Of a DNA stretch of 64,000 nt, positions 57,275 through 64,000 are shown in pieces. Where the stretch lies: positions 2,843,274-2,907,273 of the forward strand of contig CP070670.1 of assembly GCA_020351855.1 (NCBI GenBank). The letters run 5' to 3'. Within the stretch, counting starts at the first letter, position 1; the number at the start of each line of letters is the position of its first letter. Below the pieces are notes generated by a model that ran no database searches, had not been told where the DNA came from, and worked only from the letters and a program-made list of their open reading frames with translations. The stretch comes from Gemmatimonadota bacterium. GTDB taxonomy: Bacteria; Gemmatimonadota; Gemmatimonadetes; Palauibacterales; Palauibacteraceae. A program made the position numbers and the translations under genes.

Positions 57275-58456
57275 TCAGAGCCCCGCCCGCAGTGCGCCCG
57301 CCTCCCAGAGCACCCGCCGGAGCGCCTCGATGTCCGCCTCGTCGTTGTAGACGTGGGGCGATACGCGGATGACGCTGCCGCGGACGGAGACGAACACCTG
57401 CTGTGCCGCGAGCCGGGCCTGCAGGACGCCCGGATCCACTCCGTCCGGCACATCGAGCCCGATCAGATGGCCGACGGTTCCCGACCCGCCCGAGTCAGAC
57501 CCTTGCGAGGCCCATCCATGCCCGGCTTCCCGCACCAGCCCGCTCGTCAGCCGCCGGCAGTGAGCCTGGATCGTGTCCACCCCCCAGTCGAGCACCTGCT
57601 CGAGCGCCGCTATGAACATGGGAATCAGAATGAAGTTCGCGGCCTCGCCCATGTCGTAACGAGCCGCATCGGGTCGGTACCGGTGCGTCTGCTCCACGAG
57701 ACCCGCGAAGTCCTCGCTCCCCACCTTGCCCATCCACGTCTCCTCGAGCGGCTCGCCGTCATCGTACCGGGGGCCGAAGTAGGCCGCGCCGATCGCGTAG
57801 GGGCCGGTCAGCCACTTGTAGGCAGCGCACACCAGTGCATCCGGCTCGATCTGCTGCAGGTCGAACGGCATGGCGCCCACTGCCTGCGTGCCGTCGATGA
57901 CCAGGGCGGCCCCGACTTCGCGGGCGCGGGCCGCAATGGCCGAGAGGTCGAAGGGCGTCCCGTCGGTCCAGTGCACGACGCCGAGCGCCACGATGGCCGT
58001 GGCGCCGTCGATCGCCTCGAGTATCGCCTCGTTCCACGTCCTGGCGTCGGGTCGGCCATCCGCCAGTGGGCGAATGACCCTGAACTCGGCTCCCACCGCC
58101 TCGCACCGACGCCGCCACACGTGCACGTTGGAGGGAAACTGGTGGAATACGGTGACGACGTTCTGACCCCGAGCGAGTCGAGTGTTCCGAGCCACCGCAG
58201 AGAGGCCGTACGAGGCCGAAGGCACGATGGCGATGCGCGACGGAGCTGGGGCGTTTATCAGGCGGGCGAAGAGCTCCCGGACCCGGTCGCACCCCGAGAA
58301 GAAGTCCTCCGTCCGGATGTCGGAGGGCACGGTGCTGCGACGTATCGCCGCCTCCCCGGCTGCCTGCACCCGCCTTGACACCGGAGACATGTAGGCGCAG
58401 TTGAGGTAGTGGCAGTCCGGCGGGAGCGCGAATTCTTCACGTCGGGTGTCTGGCAT
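57275..58456 (-). CDS. Class V PLP aminotransferase-fold enzyme (cysteine desulfurase/selenocysteine lyase-like)
   Basis: YLNCAYMSP, QFPSN, IDGTQAVG, AAYKWL.GP, IRVSPH.YN. Confidence 0.85.
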   Translation of the reverse strand: MPDTRREEFALPPDCHYLNCAYMSPVSRRVQAAGEAAIRRSTVPSDIRTEDFFSGCDRVRELFARLINAPAPSRIAIVPSASYGLSAVARNTRLARGQNVVTVFHQFPSNVHVWRRRCEAVGAEFRVIRPLADGRPDARTWNEAILEAIDGATAIVALGVVHWTDGTPFDLSAIAARAREVGAALVIDGTQAVGAMPFDLQQIEPDALVCAAYKWLTGPYAIGAAYFGPRYDDGEPLEETWMGKVGSEDFAGLVEQTHRYRPDAARYDMGEAANFILIPMFIAALEQVLDWGVDTIQAHCRRLTSGLVREAGHGWASQGSDSGGSGTVGHLIGLDVPDGVDPGVLQARLAAQQVFVSVRGSVIRVSPHVYNDEADIEALRRVLWEAGALRAGL

Positions 58457-58580
58457 CGGCCTCAATCTAGCCGGGCGCGTGACCGGCGAAAGCACGGCCT
58501 CGTCATCCCCGTTGGAGGCCTGGGGACCGGGCGGAGAGCGGGGTCATGACCCTGGACCCACGAGACGGGGAGGAGACGCG

Positions 58581-59081
58581 ATGTCCTGGAAACGGTCGGC
58601 AGCGGTTCTGGCGCTCCTGCTCGCGAGCGCGCACCCGGCGATGGCTCAGCGTCGAGCGGATACCCATACCGGGTTCTGGTTCTCTGCCGGAGGAGGCGCA
58701 GGCTGGCTCGAGGGCTCATCGGGCGGTGCCTTCTACGTTCGAATGGGCGGCACGCCCACCAGGAAGGCTCTCTTCGGCGGCGAGGTGATCACCTGGTTCC
58801 GCGACGGTGGCTCCAGCACGAACATCGCCGCGACGGCGCTCCTCTATCCGTTCTACGAGACCACGGGAGCGCCGGGCCACGACCTCTTCTTCAGGGGATC
58901 CTTCGGCCTGGCTGCCACGGACGGCGGGAGCACCGGGCTCGGGCTGATGGGGGGGACAGGCTACGACCTGCGCCTCGCCGACAACCTCTACGTGACCCCC
59001 AGCTTCGACGTCATGGTGCAGGTGTTCGACCAGGCCACGCTGACGACCCTCTTCGTCACGCTCGGCCTGGGCTTTCACTGA
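58581..59081 (+). CDS. Small outer-membrane beta-barrel protein
   Basis: GGAGGAG RBS; signal peptide; Gly-rich strands, GYDLRL, C-terminal LGLGFH. Confidence 0.75.
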   Translation: MSWKRSAAVLALLLASAHPAMAQRRADTHTGFWFSAGGGAGWLEGSSGGAFYVRMGGTPTRKALFGGEVITWFRDGGSSTNIAATALLYPFYETTGAPGHDLFFRGSFGLAATDGGSTGLGLMGGTGYDLRLADNLYVTPSFDVMVQVFDQATLTTLFVTLGLGFH

Positions 59082-59100
59082 GCCCCGACCGCCGGGCCGG

Positions 59101-59556
59101 CTAGGAACCGGAGCCCGGTGCGACGGCCGGCGGCCTCACGTCCACCGTGACGTCGACCCCTGCCCGAACGCTCTGGGTCACGATGCAGAAATCCTCGAAC
59201 AGGTCCAGGCACCGACCCGCGCGGGCGAGATCCGCGCTGGCCACCACCGGGTGAATCTCCACGTCGATCCCGCCGATCCTCAACCGCCCCTCCTCGTTCC
59301 GGGTCAAAGCCATCCGAACTCGCGTCTGCATCCCAGAGACCGGCACCCGGGCCTTCCTGAGGCAGAAGAGGGCGCTTGCACTCAGGCAGTTTCCCACCGC
59401 CGCAGCCACGAGCCTCGTGGCATTGGGGCCGCGGTCATCGCCGAGCGGCTGGGGCTCATCCATGAGGAGCGGCGGCACGCCCTCGCGGTCGAAATCGACG
59501 ACGAACCGGTAGTTCTCCTGCAGATCGAGCGTCAGCTCGAAGCCACGGTCCTCCAT
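59101..59556 (-). CDS. OsmC family protein
   Basis: DEP.PLG...GPN, AVGNCLSAS and FCIVTQSV (two Cys). Confidence 0.85.
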   Translation of the reverse strand: MEDRGFELTLDLQENYRFVVDFDREGVPPLLMDEPQPLGDDRGPNATRLVAAAVGNCLSASALFCLRKARVPVSGMQTRVRMALTRNEEGRLRIGGIDVEIHPVVASADLARAGRCLDLFEDFCIVTQSVRAGVDVTVDVRPPAVAPGSGS

Positions 59557-59569
59557 GTCCTCCTCCGTA

Positions 59570-60133
59570 TCAGCGCTCCGTGAGCAGCTTGTGGCGCAGC
59601 CGGACGCGCTGCAGGCGCTGATCGAAGCTCGAGGGCCTCAGAAACGCGGCGCGCTCGCCGATCATGTAGAAGTAGGAGAGGCGGCTTCGTATGTCCGCCT
59701 GCCTCTCAGAAAAGCCCATCTCGAGAAAGAGCGCGCGCGCGTATCGTAGACGCTTCTGGTCGACCCGCTGCACGACGCGGGCCGCCCGCGCGTCGTACAG
59801 GGCCCACGCACGCATGGCCGCGTCGTACCGGTTGGTTTCCTCGTAGGTGATGTGCTCGCACAACGCGAGCAGGTGTTCCCGCGGTCCGGCGCGCGTGCGG
59901 GAGACCTGGGCGTCGATCTTGTCCGTCATCTCGGTCTCCCAGTACTCCAGGAGCTGCTGCAGGAAGTCGTCGTGGTCCTTGAAGTGCCAGTAGAAGCTTC
60001 CCTTCGTGACCCCGAGCTCGCGCGCCATGGGCTCGACGCGCACACCGCTGATGCCCTGGGCGCGAAGCGTGTCCAGGCCCCTGACGATCCAGTCCTGCTG
60101 GCTCAGCTTGGAAGGCGCGCTTGTCGTCACCAT
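59570..60133 (-). CDS. TetR/AcrR family transcriptional regulator
   Basis: V..MARELGVTKGSFYWHF HTH motif. Confidence 0.9.
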   Translation of the reverse strand: MVTTSAPSKLSQQDWIVRGLDTLRAQGISGVRVEPMARELGVTKGSFYWHFKDHDDFLQQLLEYWETEMTDKIDAQVSRTRAGPREHLLALCEHITYEETNRYDAAMRAWALYDARAARVVQRVDQKRLRYARALFLEMGFSERQADIRSRLSYFYMIGERAAFLRPSSFDQRLQRVRLRHKLLTER

Positions 60134-60348
60134 GGGGGCCTCCGGGCTGTGGCTGCGAGTGCGTGCCCTCATCGACCCCACCCCGGCCACCCACCCCTGG
60201 AGCGTTGCACGGATATCCTTTAACGCTAGGTGGAGGCAGCCGGCACATCAAGGCGGGCGCAGGACCGCCCGCTGCCCCTGCTCTTGCCGCCGCGCAGCGC
60301 TGGCGGCTCGCCGACGCGCTGCCTAACCTCGAGTAGACTGTCACCGCG

Positions 60349-62646
60349 ATGAGATCGCCGGACCCTGACCCAGGAGCTTCCATGCGTTCCGCGACCTGTC
60401 CCACCTGCCCATCCACTCCTTCTCGCCGGTTCCCGCCGGACCCGCTCGCGGGGTCGCGGAAGGGTTTCACGGCGCTTGCTGGCCTGGCACTCACGGTTGT
60501 CGTGGCGCTCCCCCTCTGGGCTCAGGCGCCTGATGCCCGGAATGATCCCCGGTCCGCCGGCCGGTTCGACTACGGCAAGATGTGGACGTTCGAGTACCCC
60601 CCCAGGGAGTACTTCAGCCAGACCTATGGCTTTCCCGCGGATGACGCCTGGTTCGAGCGGGTCCGGCTTTCCGTGCTGCGCATCCCCGGTTGTTCCGCTT
60701 CCTTCGTCTCGCCATTCGGGCTTGTGGCTACCAACCACCACTGCGTGCGGGACGCGGTGAGCCGCGTGGGCCGCCCCGGCGAGAACCCCCTCGATGAGGG
60801 CTTTTATGCCGCCTCGCTCGAGGACGAGCGACGCATTGATGGCTACCATGCGGACCAGCTCATCGCGATCGAGGACGTGACGGGAGAGGTGCTCGAGGCG
60901 ATGCAGAGGGTCGGGGACGGGGACCGCGAGCAGGCGCGGGCGGAGGCCTACGCCAGAATCCGGGCCCGCGGCGAACGCATGTATGCGGATCGGGGCGACT
61001 CCATCTGGGTGCAGGTCGTCTCGCTGTACAACGGGGGGCGACAGTCGGCTTACGTGTTCCGTCGCTTCACGGACGTGCGCCTGGTTCAGGCCGTGGAGCT
61101 TCAGCTCGGCTTCTTCGGGGGCGATCCGGACAACTTCACCTACCCACGCTATGCGCTGGATTTCGCGTTTCTGCGCATCTACGAGAACGAAGCCCCCCAC
61201 CAGCCGGCGCAGCACTTGAAGTGGAGCGAGCACGGGGTGATAGAGGGTGATGCGGTCTTCGTCATCGGCAACCCGGGAGAGACCAACCGTCTGAAGACGG
61301 TCGCGCAGCTGGAGTATCAGCGTGACGTGGAGGTGCCCGCGCTCATCGGTTTTCTGGAAAGTCGGCTGGACGCGTTGGAGGCGTACCGTACGGAGAATGC
61401 GGCCGAGGCGGAGGCGCTCGGGGTGCACAACCGCATGTTCCTTCTGTCCAACGCTCTCAAGGCATCGCAGGGCCGCCTGGCGGCTCTGCGTGACCCGGTA
61501 ATCATGGCACGCAAGAGCGATGCAGAGGGCAAGCTGCGCGAGGCGCTGCGCGCCGACCCGGGCCTCGACGCCCGCTATGCGGACCTCTTCGACCGACTGG
61601 GGGAGATCCAACGTGGCAAGGCCGCGCACGCCGCGGCCTCCGGGGCCTTCCTCGCTCAAACCAACGCCCTGTTCGCCTCCGCCACCCTGCGCCGCGCCTT
61701 CGCCGCCGATGCGTACCGCGCGGCGCGGACGGCCGGGGCACCTGCAGATACCCTCGAGCTGCTCCGCCTGGAGCTGCTCCGCATCGCTGACCAGCCCGCC
61801 GAGCTCGAAGCTCGGATTCTCGCCGCCCGCTTCGCGGACTTCGAGCGCTACTTCGGACCGGACCACAACATCGTGCGGTCCGCACTCCGGGGCTCGAAAG
61901 CGGCAGAGGCGGCGGAAGCCCTGCTGGCTGCATCGGCGCTGCGCGACTCGGCCGCGGCAGTCCGGGCCGTCTCATCGGACGGCCCGGAGTTGGCGGAGGA
62001 TCCGGCGCTCCAGCTTGTCGCCGCCATCCTCCCGGTCTCACGAGCCTATCGCGAGGGATTCAGCCGGCTCCTGGCAGACGAGTCCGAACTGGAGGCAGAG
62101 CTGGGAGGCGCGAGGTTCGCCGTCTATGGCCGAAGCGTTCCACCGGACGGGACGTTCTCGCCGCGGATCACCGACGGCGTCGTTCGGGGCTACGAGTACA
62201 ACGGTACCCTGGCGCCCCCCTATACGACGTTCTATGGGCTGTACGATCGCTACTTCAGCCAGCCCGACCGGATCGATTGGGCGTTGCCGGCGAGGTGGGT
62301 GCGTCCGCCGCCGGGCCTCGACCTGGCCACGCCGCTCAACTTCGTCTCGACGGCCGACACCTATGGCGGCAACTCGGGCTCCCCGGCGGTGACGCAGGAC
62401 CTATCGCTGGTCGGCCTCAACTTCGACCGCAACATCGAGGGCCTGAGCCGAGATTTCATCTACCTCCCGGAGCGGGGACGGAACGTGATGGTCGACGTGC
62501 GGGCGATACGGGCCGCGCTCGATCAGGTGTACGACGCCGATCGTCTCGTCCAGGAGCTCCTGACCGGGCGCCTTTTCGAGACCGAAAGGGAGGCCGACGC
62601 GGCCATGGACGCGGCGCTGGATACGGTGCGGGAGACGGACGGCTGA
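60349..62646 (+). CDS. S46 family dipeptidyl peptidase
   Basis: GKMW, GCSASFVS..GL..TNHHC, FGGD.DNF.YPR, GNPG, GGNSGSP, GLNFD; start uncertain (60349 or later). Confidence 0.9.
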   Translation: MRSPDPDPGASMRSATCPTCPSTPSRRFPPDPLAGSRKGFTALAGLALTVVVALPLWAQAPDARNDPRSAGRFDYGKMWTFEYPPREYFSQTYGFPADDAWFERVRLSVLRIPGCSASFVSPFGLVATNHHCVRDAVSRVGRPGENPLDEGFYAASLEDERRIDGYHADQLIAIEDVTGEVLEAMQRVGDGDREQARAEAYARIRARGERMYADRGDSIWVQVVSLYNGGRQSAYVFRRFTDVRLVQAVELQLGFFGGDPDNFTYPRYALDFAFLRIYENEAPHQPAQHLKWSEHGVIEGDAVFVIGNPGETNRLKTVAQLEYQRDVEVPALIGFLESRLDALEAYRTENAAEAEALGVHNRMFLLSNALKASQGRLAALRDPVIMARKSDAEGKLREALRADPGLDARYADLFDRLGEIQRGKAAHAAASGAFLAQTNALFASATLRRAFAADAYRAARTAGAPADTLELLRLELLRIADQPAELEARILAARFADFERYFGPDHNIVRSALRGSKAAEAAEALLAASALRDSAAAVRAVSSDGPELAEDPALQLVAAILPVSRAYREGFSRLLADESELEAELGGARFAVYGRSVPPDGTFSPRITDGVVRGYEYNGTLAPPYTTFYGLYDRYFSQPDRIDWALPARWVRPPPGLDLATPLNFVSTADTYGGNSGSPAVTQDLSLVGLNFDRNIEGLSRDFIYLPERGRNVMVDVRAIRAALDQVYDADRLVQELLTGRLFETEREADAAMDAALDTVRETDG

Positions 62647-62659
62647 GGCCGGGCCCGCC

Positions 62660-64000
62660 TCAGTTCTGGCCCCTCCAGCGCGGCCAGGCTTCCTGGAGGG
62701 TAGTCCGCGGCCTGCGCCCGATGTAGACGGTCAGATCCCGCTCCTCCCGCACCGCGTAGGGGTGCGTCACCCGTCCAGCGGCGGTGATCTCGCCGAAGTA
62801 GGGGGACAGCTGGCTCTCCGTGAAGCCATGCAGGATCATCACCTCCCCGGGCAGCTCGCCGGGACCGAAAAACCAGTAGGAGCCCACGAAGGCCCGAGCG
62901 CCCGGGATCCCGAATCCGGGCCCGTAGAAGTCGATCGCTCCAGCCTCCCCGTAGTTCGAGGCCAGGATCACCGCGCGCTCCTGGTCTCCAGGCGGAAGGC
63001 CGCGGTACACGCGTGCGACCTCCCGCACCTGCTCCCTCCAGTTCAGCATGTCGGCGTAGTCCTGGGGGATCCGCTCCTGGGCCCCGACGTTCGTGACGGC
63101 AGCAGACTGAAAGCCGATCGCCACCAGATAGCGCTCCATCGTCTCCGGCTTCAGCACCGGCAGACCCAGCGGGAAGAGAACGATCAGGTAGAGGGCGAGG
63201 AGCACGAGCAGGCCCCAGCGGGCGGTGGGGCGCCACCACGGGGTCCGGATCCGCTCGACGAGCACCGCACCGGCCCCGAACAGGACGGGGTACACGGGTC
63301 CGGCATAGTAGCTCTTGCCCTGAAGCAGCAGGAGGGTGACGAACGCCAGGATCGCGCTCCAGCCGGCCAGCCGGTACGGACGGCCGAGCCGTCCCGAGGC
63401 GAGGCCGACGGCGCCCGCCGCGGCCACGATGAAGCCCGCATGCATCATGGCCTGGTCGAGCAGAAAGGACGCGGCGGAAACCCGCACTAGTTGGGCACTC
63501 TGAAGATCCGTCATCTGGTTCAGCAGCGGCCAGCCGAGGTTGTGCTGTCCGGCGATGGACGGACTTCCGAGCAGCAGAGCCAGTGCGGCCGCGGCCCACG
63601 GCCAGAGCGTGGCGAGCCACCGCCGCTCCCTCGTGAGCAGGAGGGCTGCCGCCGCAGCAAAGCCGAACACGAGCACGCTGAACTTGGTGAGCAGGCCGAA
63701 GCCCAGGCAGGCACCGAAGGCCAGCCACCAGCGGGGATTCTCCGTCGTGCCCAGCCGCAGGAGGGCGAACAGGGCCAGGGACCACCAGAGCTGGTCCAGG
63801 ACCACGGGCTGGAAGAGGTTTCCGGTGCGCAGGAACAGCCCGCTGGCGAGCACGCAGAGACCCGCCAGGCCCTGGGCGAAGCCCCGCCCCCCGAGCTCCC
63901 GGGCCGCCAGCGCGGCAAGCAGCAGCAGCGCCGTGCTCAGAACGGCTGGAGGCAGGCGAAGCGCCCACAGGCCATCCCCGAGCAGGTAGCGCGTGCCCTC
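62660..64000 (-). CDS. GT39/ArnT-like membrane glycosyltransferase, 5' partial
   Basis: LFQPV.LDQ, GLLTKFS, GKSYY...YP.L, YADM..W, NYGEAGAI motifs; frame continues towards the window edge. Confidence 0.8.
   Translation of the reverse strand, partial: EGTRYLLGDGLWALRLPPAVLSTALLLLAALAARELGGRGFAQGLAGLCVLASGLFLRTGNLFQPVVLDQLWWSLALFALLRLGTTENPRWWLAFGACLGFGLLTKFSVLVFGFAAAAALLLTRERRWLATLWPWAAAALALLLGSPSIAGQHNLGWPLLNQMTDLQSAQLVRVSAASFLLDQAMMHAGFIVAAAGAVGLASGRLGRPYRLAGWSAILAFVTLLLLQGKSYYAGPVYPVLFGAGAVLVERIRTPWWRPTARWGLLVLLALYLIVLFPLGLPVLKPETMERYLVAIGFQSAAVTNVGAQERIPQDYADMLNWREQVREVARVYRGLPPGDQERAVILASNYGEAGAIDFYGPGFGIPGARAFVGSYWFFGPGELPGEVMILHGFTESQLSPYFGEITAAGRVTHPYAVREERDLTVYIGRRPRTTLQEAWPRWRGQN

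Noticed and set aside
1-64000. Many long antisense and alternate-frame ORFs (e.g. 6792-8192, 18110-19759, 21306-23102, 31830-33539, 40390-42129, 41945-43666)
   Set aside because: Shadow ORFs expected at about 70% GC; they overlap motif-supported genes and have no recognisable motifs
1-64000. CRISPR arrays, tRNA/rRNA genes, IS elements, integrases, prophage
   Set aside because: No regularly spaced repeats, cloverleaf candidates, or transposase, integrase or phage motifs were seen by eye

Overview
A 64-kb window of high-GC (about 70%) bacterial chromosome with roughly 55 densely packed CDSs. Gene content suggests Gemmatimonadota or a similar lineage (inference: short TonB, TIGR02999-type ECF sigma paired with a TPR Ser/Thr kinase, membrane-anchored TolB-like/TPR protein, many secreted peptidases). 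I found no tRNA, rRNA, CRISPR array or mobile element. Recognisable modules are feoB-feoA behind a Fur-like box, psuK-psuG, chrA, a TPAT-type TRAP transporter, gdhA, lat, ptrB, an ATP-dependent ligase, a PQQ/heme-c dehydrogenase and five peptidase families. Most notable: (1) an apparently uncharacterised cluster (about 18.3-31.9 kb) with a GcvT/Tdm-like aminomethyltransferase, two PYROXD2/phytoene-dehydrogenase-like flavoproteins, a DDAH-like amidinotransferase, OsmC, a SAM methyltransferase and a B12 radical SAM enzyme, plausibly processing N-methylated amino acids or amines; (2) two otherwise intact genes (kinase, DNA ligase) each broken by one in-frame TAG; (3) a helical-repeat protein with a C-terminal dodecin-like domain; (4) an adenosine deaminase with a large in-frame internal deletion ahead of an orphan TAXI plus output-less Cache pair; (5) a FeoA with a 7-Cys N-terminal domain. 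All family assignments come from motif recognition by eye, not from database searches.
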